From Squalus acanthias (taxonomy: Eukaryota): a stretch of DNA of 64,000 nucleotides. Made by a program: the position numbers and the translations under genes. The notes under the pieces were generated by a model, which searched no databases, was not told the origin of the DNA, and saw only the letters and a program-made list of their open reading frames with translations. Shown here one piece after another: positions 20,497 to 33,020 of the stretch. How positions within the stretch are numbered: the stretch's first letter is position 1; each line of letters opens with the position of its first letter. The stretch is from NCBI GenBank assembly GCA_030390025.1, contig CM059431.1:159342001-159406000 (forward strand). Direction: 5' to 3'.

Positions 20497-23046
20497 ATTC
20501 CACAGGTTCACCACTCTCTGGGTGAAGAAATTCCTCCTCATCTCAGTCCAAAATGGCTTTTCCCTTATCCTTAGACTGTGACCTCTAGTTTTGGACTCCC
20601 CGGCCATCGGGAACATCCTTCCTGCATCTAGTCTGTCTAGTACATAGATACTTAGATACATAGAAGATAGGAGCAGGAGTAGGCCATCCGGCCCTTCGAG
20701 CCTGCTCCGCCATTTAATGAGATCATGGCTGATCCTCCAATTCAGTATCCCGTCCCCGCCTTCTCTCCGTAACCCTTAACCCCTTTTGCCTGTAGAAATA
20801 TATCTAATTCCCTCTTAAATATATTTAATGAGCTGGCGTACACTGCCCTCTGTGGCAATGAGTTCCATAGGTTCACCACCCTCTGAGTGAAGAAATTCCC
20901 CCTCATTTCTGTCCTAAATGGTTTAGCCCTTATCCTTAAATTATGTCCTCTAGTTCTGTTCTCACCCGCCAAGGGAAACATTCCTTCTGCATCTAGTCTG
21001 TCTAGACCTGTCAGAATTTTATACACTTCTATGAGGTCCCCTCTCAATCTTCTAAACTCCAGTGTGTACATCCCTAAACTACATAGTCTCTCCTCATAGG
21101 TCAATCCCGCCATTCCTGGTATCAGCCTGGTGAATCGCCGCTGCACCCCCTCCATGGCAAGAACATCTTTCCTCAGATGAGGCGACCAAAACTGTACACA
21201 GTACTCGAGGTGTGGTCTCGCCAGTGCCCTGTACAGCGGCAGCAAGGTATCCCTGTTCCTGTATTCCAACCCTTTTGCTATGAAGGCCAGCATACCGTTT
21301 GCCTTCTTGACCGCCTGTTGCACCTGCATGCTCGCCTTCAGTGACTGGTGTACAAGAACACCCAGGTCTCTCTGTACTTCCCCCTCTCCCAATTTATTGC
21401 CATTTAAATAATAATTTGCCCTCCCGTTCCTGCACCCAAGGTGGATAACTTCGCACTTGTCCACATTATAGTGCATCTGCCATTTATCCGCCCAATCACC
21501 CAGTCTGTCCAAATCGCACTGGAGCTTCCTGGTCTCCTCCTCTGAGCCCACCCCCCTCCTAGTTTAGTGTCGTCTGCAAATTTGGAAATGCTGCATCCGA
21601 CTCCCTGACCCAGGTCATCAATGTAAATTGTGAATTTTATAAGTTTCAATGAGATCCCCTCTCATTCATCTAAACTCCAGCGAGTATAAGCCCAATCGAC
21701 CCAATCTCTCCTCATACATCATTCCTGCCATCCAAGGTATCAGCCTGGTGTATCTTCGCTGCAGTCCCTCCATGGCAAGAACATCCTTCCTCAGATAAGG
21801 CGATCTAAACTGTGCACAATACTCAAGATGTTGTCTCACCAAGGCCCTGTACCACAGCAGCAAGACATCCTTGTTCCTGTACTAGTACCCTTTCGCTACG
21901 AAGGCCAACATACCATTTGCCTTCTTCAACGCCTGCTGCACCTGCATGCTTACCTTCAGCGACTGGTGCACAAGGAAACCCAGGTCTCGTTGCACTTCTC
22001 CTTCTCCCAAACTATTGCCATTCAGATGATAATCTGCCTTCCTGTTTTTTTTTATACCAAAGTGATTAACCTCGCATTTATCCACATTATATTGCATCTG
22101 CCATGCTTCTGCCCAATCACCCAACCTGTCCAAATCATACTGGAGTTTCTCGGCATCCTCCTCACGGCACACACTCCCACCCAGCTTTGTGTCACCTGCA
22201 AACTTGGAGATATTACATCCAATTCCCTCGTCTAGATCATTAATATATATTGTGAATAGCTGGAGTCCCAGCACCGAACCCTGCGGTACCCCTCTAGTCA
22301 CGGCCTGCCACTTGGAAAAAGACCCATTTATTCCAACTCTTTGCTTTCGGTCTGCCAAGCAGTTCTCTATCCAAAATCAATACCTTCCCCCCAATCCCAT
22401 GTGCCTTAACTTTACACGCCAATCTCTTATGCGGGACCTTATCTAAAGGCTTCTGAAAGTCCAAATATACCACATCCACTGGTTCTCCCTTATCTTTTTT
22501 ACCAGTTACATCCTCAAAAAAATTCAATAGATTAGTCAAGCACGATTTACCTTTTGTAAATCCATGTTGACTTTGTCCGATCCTGTCACTGTTTTCCAAG
22601 TGCTCTGCTATTACATCTTTTATAATGGACTCTAGCATTTTCCCCACTACCGATGTCAGGCTTACCGGATATAATTCCCCGTTTTCTCTCTACCACCTTT
22701 TTTAAATAGTGGGGTAACATTAGCTATCCTCCAATATATGGGTACTGTTCCAGAGTCTATAGAATTTTGGAAGATGACCAGCAATGCATCTACTGTTTCG
22801 AGGGCCACTTCCTTAAGTACCCTAGGATGTAGAGTATCAGACCCTGGGGATTTATCGGCCTTTAAACCCGTCAATTTCCCTAACACTATTTCCCTACAAA
22901 TACTGATTTATTTCAGTTCCTCCATCTCATTAGACCCTATATTCCCCGACATCTCTGGGAGGTTATTTGTGTCCTCCTTTTTGAAGGCAGAACCAAAGTA
23001 TGTACTTAATTGAGCTGCCATTTCTTTGTTCCCCATTATAAATTCC
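20497..23046 (-). mobile_element. Remainder of the host CR1 ORF2 (RT), with a younger CR1 nested at ~20641-21633
   Basis: Minus-strand RT ORFs 21666-22886, and an open 269-aa RT C-terminus at 20742-21551 with its own tail at 20641. Confidence 0.88.
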
Positions 23047-23759
23047 TATGTGCAGAGGCCCAGGAGCGCGAGTCTCCGTGAATCCCGAGGAAGAAGGTAG
23101 GCGTGGATTTTAATAGCGGATCGGAGGCATTTCCCCGCTGGAGCCCTGCCCATTCATTTTTTTTAACAATTTTTACATTAACAATCAAGTGAAGATTCCA
23201 TATTTTTACCTGACTGTTTTTCAGCTTCAAACCCACAGTCCCTTATTGACACGTATTGCTGATGTTCAGGAGGCTTTCCAATAAATAAAGACATCAACAA
23301 AAAATAATTAATCAGCTATGTCCTGTCTCGGTTCCCAATGTGGAAATAAGTAAAAATCAGCCCAGTCCGTCGCTTTCAGATATTCACCCCTGTTAGACAG
23401 TGAGGCCGGCAGTACAGACATTAACTGCAGATGGGGCCTTGAACCCAATGCCCGAGGTACTCGGGAATTCTGGGACTCGCACTGGAAGATCCAACCGCTC
23501 AGCAAGTGACCGGCTCATACAAACGAACAAAGGCTGCACTAAACCCAGTGTACATGGTCTCGAGGTCTGTCACTTTAAGTGACACATCAATCGATTGGTA
23601 AATATTAATGTTTGACACCGGTGAAAGCATTTGGAATCGTCAATAGCTCGTAATCCAACCTCGTGAAGATTCAAAAGTTAATTTTATCAACAAAAGTTAA
23701 TTGAAAACAAAAATAATATTCAAATGCGCATAGGCTGGTAATTTTGCAAAACAAATAAT

Positions 23760-24710
23760 GGGCCGGATATTCCGATACCTACGGTTGGGTACGCGCTGTG
23801 TACGCACCCGTAGTGACATCGGAAATGCCGGTTTCAGGCATGCACTGTGCATGCGCTGGAAACCGGCATTTCCGATCTGTCAAGAAAGCTCTTGACAGAT
23901 CCTCCTGCTGCCCGGGAGAAGGGCCTCTGCGGATGAGAGTTCCGCATTTTGGAGACCCTCACACCCGCAGAAAAGCCTTACAATTCTTGCGAATGGTAAA
24001 AAGTTGGAAAAAGTTTTTTTTTAAATTTCCACTGATTTATCGTTTAACAATACTTTAAAAAAGGTAAGTTTATTTTAAGCCCCGTAAAAAAATTTAATTA
24101 TTTTTTTGAAAAATGTAAATTTTGTTTAAAATAGTTAATTTATTTTACTTTCAAGTCATTTGAAAAATGAGATTTTTTAAAAAATGTATTTAAAGTTTTA
24201 CTATATTACCCTCTATGTTGCGTATGGTGCCGGTCTTTGAGCTGGTGCCTCTGACAGTTGTAACCATTGACACAGTGCATTCTTCCACGCTATCCTCCTC
24301 CGTGCTGTTCTCCTCCTCTGGAGGAGGAGGAGGTTGCTTCTCTTCTCCAACCTGCTCCACGGGGCGAGGTGGATCTGGCTCGTGGGCGCCTGCACTGATA
24401 AAGTTGGAAGGGTTAGGGTGGAGCACGTGTGGATGCTATTGGAGGATGCGTGTGATGAGATCATATGAAGCTTGGGAGTGAGGATCGCTTAGGAAGATTC
24501 GCGATCAGGAATAGATGTTCATCTGCAAGGAAATTGCAGTGGTCACATACCTCGAGGCGAGATGTCCTCGGCTCTGCATTTGGACACTGTGTCTGCCACT
24601 TCCCTCCCGATCACCGCCAGCACGGCCTCCTCGAGGGGAGTGTCTTCATTAAATCGTGCTTCCGCTCCCCTGTAAAGTCCGGCTGTCGCCTGTTTCGTAC
24701 GATTTATACG
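23760..24710. mobile_element. Related TIR element fragment plus a minus-strand remnant resembling the Harbinger Myb/SANT-like accessory gene
   Basis: gggccggatattcc start and tgcatgcgc motif. The minus strand at ~24570-24700 reads NRRQPDFTG/..EDTPLEEAVLAVIGREVA across a frameshift. Confidence 0.45.
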
Positions 24711-24714
24711 TAAT

Positions 24715-25400
24715 AGTCAGAGTCATACTGGTACAGAAGGAGGCCATTCGGCCCATGGAGTCCGTTCCGGCTCTCTGTAGTGCTCTCCATTCCGGCCCAT
24801 TCCCTCACTCTATCCCCGTATCCCTGCAAGTTTATTTCCCGAAGTGCCTATCCAGCCTCCCCTTGAAAACATTGAGTTTCTCCACTTCCACCACTTCCAT
24901 CGGCAGCGAGTTCCAGGTCCTCACCACTCACTGTGTAAGACTGTTTTTCCTCACATTCCCCTGTATCTCTTGCCCAAAACCTTAAATCTGTGCCCCCTAG
25001 TCCTTGTACAAACAGCAAGTGGGAACAGACTTTCCCGTCTAGCCTATCCAAACCCGCCATAAGTTTGTACACCTCAATAAAATCACCCCGCAACCTCCTT
25101 TGCTCTAATGAAAACAAATCCAGCTTCTCCAACCTGTCCTTGTAACAAAGATACCCCATCCCCGGAACTATTCTGTAAATCTCCACTGCACCCTCTCAAG
25201 TGCCTTCACATCCTTCCTAAAGTGCGGTGACCAGAACTGGACGCAATACTCCAGTTGTGGCCTAACCAGCGCTTTATAAAGGTTCAGCATAACTTCTCTA
25301 CTTTTGTACTCAATACCTCTATTTATGAAGCCCGAGATCCCATATGCTTTGTTAACAATTCTCTCAATATGTCCTGCCACCTTCAGGGACCTACGCACTT
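24715..25400 (-). mobile_element. CR1 3' fragment
   Basis: RPQLEYCVQFWSPH and EQRRLRGD motifs on the minus strand. Confidence 0.85.
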
Positions 25401-28400
25401 TTGGAGGGGGAGGGCGAACAGCCAGCTGTCGTGGAGCACATAGGTACCAACGATATAGGTACAAAAGGGGATGAGTTCCTAAAAGCAGAATATAGGGAGT
25501 TAGGAGGAAAATCAAATGTAGGACCTCAAAGGCAGCAATCTCAGGATTGCTACCAGTGCCACGTGCTGGTCAGAGCAGAAATAGGAGGATATTTCAAATG
25601 AATACGTGGCTAGAGGAATGTTGCAAGGGGGAGGGATTCAAATTCCTGGGACATTGGAACCGAGCCTGGGGGAGGTGGGCCCAGTACAAACCGAACGGTC
25701 TGCACCTGGGCAGGGCCGGGACCGCTATCCCAGGGGGAGTGTTTGCTAGTGCTGATGGGGAGGGTTTAAACTAAAGTGGCAGGGGGTTGACACCTGAGCA
25801 GGGAGACAGAGGAAAGCGTGTCAGGAAGGGACAGAACGTATGGAGTAAAAGGTAAAGTGTTAAAAAAGGAAAAAGCAGGAACTAAGTGTCACAAAAGGTA
25901 TTTGAAAGTTCTTCATCTGAATGCACGTCGCATTCGTAACAAAATGGATGAGTTAACGGCAAAAATAACTACGTATGGGTATGATCTTGTGGCCATTACA
26001 GAAACATGGCTGCAGGGTGACAACGACTGGAATTAAATATGCCAGGGTATTTAACAATCAGGTAGGACAGGCAGGAAGAAAGGGGAGGTGGGGTGGCTTT
26101 GTTAATAAAGGAAGGAATCACTGTAATTCAGAGAAATTATATTGGGTCAAAGGATCAGGATAATGAAAAAGTTTGGGTGGAGTTAAGGAATAATAAGGGG
26201 AAAAAAACAATAGTGGGAGTAGTATATAGGCCTCCTAATAGTTGCAACTCTGCTGGAAGAATTATTAATCAGGAAATAGTTGGGGCATGTAATAAGGGAA
26301 CAGCTATAATTATGGGGGATTTTAGCTATCATATTAACTGGACAAATCAAATTGGGCAGGGCGGCCTTGAGGAAGAGTTTATTGAGAGTATTAGGGATGG
26401 ATTTCTTGAGCAGTATGTAACTGATCCTACAAGTGGGCAAGCAACCTTGGACCTGGTCCTGTGTAATGAGTCAGGATTAATTAATAATGTCCTAGTTAAG
26501 GATCCCCTTTGAATGAGTGACCATAACATGGTTGAATTCCATATCCAATTAGAGGGTGAGATGGTTGGTTCTCAAACAAGCGTACTGAGCTTGAATAAAG
26601 GAGACTATGATGTTATGAGAGCGGAATTGATGAAAGTGGACTGGGAAAATAGATTAAAGGTTAAGATGGTACATGAGCAGTGGTGTTCATTTAAGGAGTT
26701 ATTTTACAACATTCAAAAAAATTATATTCCGATGAGGAAAAATGGGTGTAAAAGAAATGACAGCCAACCGTGGCGAAGTAATTAAATTAAGGATAGTATC
26801 CGACTAAAAACAAGGACGTATAAGGTAGCCAAACTTAGTGGGAGGATAGAAGATTGGGAAGTCTTCAAAAGAAAGCAAAAAGTAACTAAAGGATTGATTA
26901 AGAAAGGGAAGATAGATTATGAAAATAAATTAGCAAAAAATATAAAAACAGATAGCAAGCCTTTCTAAAGTTATATAAAAAGGAAAAGGGTGGTCAAGGC
27001 AAACCTAGGTCCCTTAGAGGATGAGGCGGGGAAATTAATGGTGGAAAACATGGAGATGGCAAAAATGCTGAACAAATATTGTGTTTCAATCTTTATGTTA
27101 GAGGACACTAAGAATATCCCAACACAGGACAAACAGGGGGCTCTACGGGGAGGGGAGGAGCTAAATACGATTAAAATCACTAAGGAATTGGTACTCATAA
27201 AATAATGGGACTCAAGGCGGATAAATCCCCTGGACCTGATGGCTGACATCCTAGGGTCTTGAGGGAAGTGTCAGTAGGGATTGTGGATGCTTTGGTAATA
27301 ATTTTCCAAAATTCCCTGGACTCAGCAAAGGTCCCGGCAGGTTGGAAAACTGCTAATGTAACACGCTTATTTAAAAAGGGTAGTAGGCAGAAGGCTGGAA
27401 ATTATAGACCAGTTAGCCTAACATCTGTGGTGGGTAAAATTTTGGAGTCTATTATTAAGGAGACATTAACGGAACATTTAGTTAAACATAATTTAATAGG
27501 ACAAAGTCAGCATGGCTTTATGAAGGGGAAGTCATGTCTGACAAATTTGCTTGAGTTCTTTCAGGACAGAACGTACAGGGTTGATAAAGGGGAACCAGTG
27601 GACGTAGTGTATGTAGACTTCCAGAATGCATTCGACAAGGTGCCACATAAAAGATTATTGCTGAAGATAAAAAATCACTGGATTGGGGGTATTATTCTGG
27701 CATGGGTGGAGGATTGGTTATCTAACAGGAAGCTGAGAGTTGGGATAAATGGTTCATTCTCGGACTGGCAACCATTAGCCAGTGGTGTTCCGCAGGGGTC
27801 GGTGCTGGTCCCCAACTCTTTACAATCTATATTGTCGATTTGGAGGAGGGGACCGAGTGTAACATATCAAAGTTTGCAGATGATACAAAGATGGGAGGGA
27901 AAGTAGAAAGTGAGGAGGACATAAAAAACATACAGGGGATAAAGACAGGCTGGGTGAGTGGGCGGAGATTTCGCAGATGCAATAAAATATTGGAAAATGT
28001 GAGGTTATGCATTTTGGCAGGAAAAATCAGAGAGCAAGTTATTATCTTAATGGCGAGCAACTGGAAAGTACTGCAGTACAAAGGTATCTGGGGGTCCTAG
28101 TGCAAGAAAATCAAAAAGTTTGTATGCAGGTGCAGCAGGTGATCAAGAAGGCCAACTGAATGTTGGCTTTTATTGCTAGGGGGATAGATTATAAAAACAG
28201 GGAGGTATTGCTGCACTTTATAAGGTATTGGTGAGTCCGCTCCTGGAATACTGCATACAGTTTTGGTGTCCATACTTAAGAAAATACATACTTGCTCTCG
28301 AGGCAGTAGAAATAAGATTCACTCGGTTAATCCCGGGGATGAGGGGGTGGATATATGAGGAGAGGTTGAGTAGATTGGGACTCTACTCATTGGAGTTCAG

Positions 28401-28908
28401 AAGAATGAGAGGCGATCTTATTGAAACATATTAGATTGTGAAGGGGCTTGATCGGGTGGATGCGGTAAGGATTCTCCCAAGGATGGGTGAAACTAGAAAT
28501 AGGGGTGCATAATCTTAGAATAAGGGGCTGCTCTTTCAATACTGAGATGAGGAGAAACTTCTTCACTCAGAGGGTAGTAGGCCTGTGTAAATTGCTGCCC
28601 CAGGAAGCTGTGGAAGCTACATCATTAAATAAATTTAAAACAGAAATAGACAGTTTCCTAGAAGTAAAGGGAATTAGGGGTTACGGGGAGCGGGCAGGAC
28701 ATTGGACATGAGGCTGAGTTCGGATTGGTCAAGGCCCTGTGGCTGGCAGAGCGGGCCCAGGTGCTGAGTGGCCGGGTCCTGATCCTACTTCTTGTGTTCT
28801 TTAGGTTTGTGGTTAGGATCAGATCAGCCATTATCTTATTGAATGGCGGAGCAGGCTCGATGGGCTGATTGGCCTACTCCTGCTCCTATTTCTTATGTTC
28901 TTATGTTC
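25401..28908 (+). mobile_element. Long CR1 copy (ORF1 esterase end, APE endonuclease, RT, 3' tail), decayed
   Basis: HIGTNDI; LNARRIRNK...AITETWL; VYRPPN; MGDF; NYRPVSLTS; FADD; 3' (TTCTTATG)n tail. Confidence 0.92.
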
Positions 28909-28929
28909 TGAAAAGTTAACGGTTCGCTG

Positions 28930-31900
28930 AGCCTCTGAAGACCTAATATCCCAGGGTAATCTGAAACATCACAGGCTCAATAGCTCAGTGCACTCTGACC
29001 ATCTACAGTCTCAATATCCCAGAGTATTTGACACTAAATGCCCAGTTGCCCACGGTTCTCTGATCCTCCGATTTCCCCAGGGTACTCTGCCCCTCTATAG
29101 GCCCTGCAGCCCCGGGTGCTCTGATCATCTAAAGGCCCAATAGCCCAGGGTACTTTGACACTAAAAACCCAGTAGCCCAGGGTTCCCTGATGCTCTGATT
29201 TTCCCATGGGACTCTGCCCCTCTATAGAGCCAACCGCCTGGGTACTTTGATCCTGTAAAGGCCCAATAGCCCAGACATAATTGGGCCGCTACTGACAGAA
29301 TAGCCCAGGGAAATTTGTCCTTCAATATGGTCAATAACAAAGCGTACTTGGATCATCTAAATTCTCAATAGCCCAGGTACTCTGACCCTATTATTGCCAC
29401 AGGACGCTGACTCGTTATAGTTAAAATATCCCAGGAAACACTGACCATCTAAATGCCAATAGCCTAGGGCACACTGACCCTCCACAGACCAAATATCCCA
29501 GGGTACTCTGCCACTCTATAGGCCCAACAGCCCGGGGTACTTTGATCCTCTGAAGGCCAAATAACCCAGGGTAGTTTGGACCTCAAATAACACAATAGCC
29601 CATGGAATTTTGACCCACTAAAGGTCCAATAATCAAGCGTAATTTGATCCTCTAAATACCCAATTTCCCAGGTACTCTGGCTGTATTATTGCCAGAGGAC
29701 GCGGACTCTTTATATATAAAATAGCACAGGAAAATCTTACCATCAAAAGGCCAATAGCCCAGGGCACACAAACCATTCGCAGACCAAATCTCCCAGGGTA
29801 CTCTGCTCCTCTAAATGCTGAATACTGCATAATGCTGGGACCCACCGTTGATTCAATAGTCCAGGTTACTTTGACCCTTTCCGTAGCCGAGTGTAATCTG
29901 ACTCTTTACGAGGCCAACAGCTCAGGTACGCTGATTTTCTGCAGGCTCACTAGCTGACGGATATCTCATCCACAGTTTCGTCCAGGCTATTCTGAAACTC
30001 TACAGACTCTATAGCCCAGCGTACGCTGAATACCTGCAGGACCAATAGCTCAGAGTACACTGACACTCTACAGTCTCAATAGCCAAGCTGATATAACCCT
30101 TTACTTGGCATATTGCCCAGTTACTATGACCCTCTGTCTAGGCCAAGGTACATTGACCCGATACAGACCCAATAGCCCAGCGTGCTCTGTAGCTTTTCAG
30201 TCCCAATAGCCAGGCTACTCTCAGAGTTTAAAACGTCAATAGTCCAGGGTACTTTGACCCTCTACAGAATCAAAAGCGCAGGAAGTCTGACCCTCTATAG
30301 ATTTCAGCATCGCTGTTGTTTTGAGCCTCTCCAGACTCAGTGGTGCAGGTACTCTAGCCATCTGCACGTTAACTAGCCAAGTTTTTTCTGACCTGTTTTA
30401 TAGGTCAGTGTACTCTGGTCTTTTAGAGATTACACTGATTGAATCTCTGAATTCATCTCAGGTTCTCTGATATTCCACAGGCTCAAAGCCTATTTTTCCA
30501 GATACTCTGAACTAAACGCCCGATATCCCATCGTAATCTTATCTTCAGTATAGCCCAGGTTACTCTAATCCTCTGCGTAGCCGAGGGTACCCTGACATAC
30601 TACTGGATCAATATCCCAATGTACACTGACACTCTGCAGGCCCATTCTTCCAGGGTACTTTGAGCCTCCATAGACCCAAGAGTCCACAATATCTGTCGCT
30701 CGACAGACCCAATAGCGCAAAGCATTCTGAAGTTTTGTAGGCCCTAACATCCTTGTACTTTGACCGGCTACAAATGGAAATGCGCAGGATGCTCTGACCA
30801 TCTAAAGACTCAATGGCCCACTTATTCCGACCATAAACAGATTCCATCGTCTTGGGTAGTCCGACAATCTACGCTATCAACTTACCCTAGCTCTCTACAG
30901 ACTCAATAGCCCAAGAACTCTGACCCACTAAATGCCCGATAGCCCATTGTACACAAACCCTCCAAAGATTCAATAGCACAGGGGCACTCTAACCCTCTAC
31001 CTAGCCCAGGTTGCACTGACACTCTGCTGGCCAATAACCTAGGGTGCTCTTAACTTCTGCATAGCTCAGCGTACTCTGACATTCTACAGGCCCTATATGT
31101 CAAAGATATCTGACCCTTTGCAAGCCAAATAGTTCAATACTCTGACTCTGAGGCTGGTCATTGTATATATTTTAGCTGGAGATAGACAGATTTTGAACGT
31201 TAACGGAGTCAACGGTTATGGGGTGCGGGCAGGGAAGTGGAGTTGAGGCCAAGATCAGATTAGCCATGATCTTATTGAATGGCGGAGCAGGCTCGAATGG
31301 TCAGCTGGCCTACTCCTACTCCTATTTCTTATGTTCTAATGTTCTTTTTACATGTTCAATTGCTGTGGGAACTCATCTCCTCCAAATGCCCATATGTCCA
31401 AGGGTCACAGACGATCTAAGCTACCAATATCTCAGTGTTATCTTAATTTTTGTAAAGCCCTGGGTACTCTGACACGCTGTATAGTCAAGGGTACTCTGAA
31501 CCTCTGATGGCCCATTGTTCCCAGGGAGGTCTGAACGTTTAAATGCCCAGTATCCCAGGGCACTCTGACCCTCTTAAGTGCGGTATTCCCAGGGTGCCCT
31601 GAGCCACTGTAGACCCAATATCCAGAGTATTCTGACCCTCTCCAGGCCCAATAGAGCAAAGTACTCTGAACAATTGTAGGCCCAAAAGCCGCCGGTACTT
31701 TGAACGTCTGCAAGGCAAATATCCCAGGACATTCTGAACTAACATATTCTAATCATTTAGAGACTCAATAGCCCAATGTTCTCCGACACTCTACACGGCC
31801 CAGTTTACCCTAGCCCTCTACAGATTCAGTTGCCCAGGAAATCTGACCGTCTACAGATGCAATGGCCCAGGGTACTATTACCCGCTACAGATTGCTTAGG

Positions 31901-32100
31901 GAAGGTAGTCTGGCCTTCTACAGGCCCAATAGAGAGGTTACTCAGAACAACTGTAGGCCTATTTGCACAAGGGTACTCTCACCCTCTGCAGTCCCACTAG
32001 CCCAGTGTACTCTGGCCCTCTGTATAGCCCACGTTACTCCGACTCTCTGCAATCCGAATATCCCAGTGTACTCTGACCCACTACAAACAGAATAGCCCAG
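28930..32100. repeat. Degenerate ~34-bp minisatellite (consensus approx. caggcccaatagcccagggtactctgaccctcta), interrupted by a CR1 tail at ~31170-31345
   Basis: Recurrent aatagcccagggtactctga motif at ~25-35-bp spacing over ~3 kb. Confidence 0.88.
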
Positions 32101-32556
32101 TGCCGTGTCGGTGGCAAATAACTTTCTTGTTTTGAAAAGGCAACTGGTCGAGTACATGAGAGAACATGTAATAAAAATATGCTGAAAGGGTGCGTTAAGG
32201 TAGATGGAATGGGAAGAGACTCGTATGGAGTAGAAACACACGCACAGACTAGTTGTAATAGAGAAAATCAATTTCCTCTGGTGAGAGAGTCCTGAACAAC
32301 GGGCAGAAACTTAAAATTTAAGCTACGTCGTTCAGGTGTGATGTCAGAAACCACTTCTTCACACAAAAGCCAATGGAAATATGAAACTCTTTACGGAAAA
32401 CATTGTGTTGAGGCTAAGTCAATTGGACATTTCTAAACTGAGTTGTTGATATTTTAGCTAGGCAATGGTATTAATGGTAACAGAACCAAGGCGGTGGATG
32501 GAGTTGTCAGATCTTAATGATTTCTGAGTTCTTGGACAAGACACCAATAGGCAGTA

Positions 32557-32932
32557 GCCAGAGACGGGAGCGGAGAGAGCAGCAGCAGAGTGAGTAGTTA
32601 AACTCACTTTCGCGGGCTTTTTTACACGTGCCAGTGTCGGGAGCGGAGAGAGCAGCAGCAGAGTGAGTATTTAAACTCACTTTCGCGGGCTTTTTTACAC
32701 AGGCCAGTGACGGGTGCGGAGAAGCAGCAGCACAGTGAGTATTTAAACTCACTTTCGCGGGCTTTTTTACAGAGGCCAGTGACTGGAGCGGAGAGAGCAG
32801 CAGCACAGTGTGTAGTTAAACTGACTTCCGCGGGCATTTTTGCAGAGGCCATTGTCGGGAGCGGAGAGAGCAGCAGCACAGTGCGTAGTTAAACTCACTT
32901 TCGTGGGCTTTTTACAGACGCCAGTGTCGGGA
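32557..32932 (+). repeat. Five 72-73-bp tandem monomers directly upstream of a CR1 ORF1 start
   Basis: Units start at 32557, 32630, 32703, 32775 and 32848, with a partial unit at 32920. The ORF1 ATG is at 33021 (MAGDLHPVMCSSC). Confidence 0.9.
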
Positions 32933-33020
32933 AAGGGCCCTTGAGTATATCATTTAATTGAAGTGAAATTGGTGGGATTCATTTTAATTTAATTTTAATT
33001 AATAAATTAAAGGGTAAGTC

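Noticed and set aside
28930..32100. ORFs within the 34-bp repeat as a repetitive protein gene, or a CRISPR array
   Set aside because: Irregular unit lengths, stops in all frames and no unique spacers. This is a degenerate minisatellite.
32557..32932. CRISPR-like array (regular repeats with an internal palindrome)
   Set aside because: Whole 72-73-bp units repeat with no unique spacers. The context is eukaryotic and there are no cas genes.
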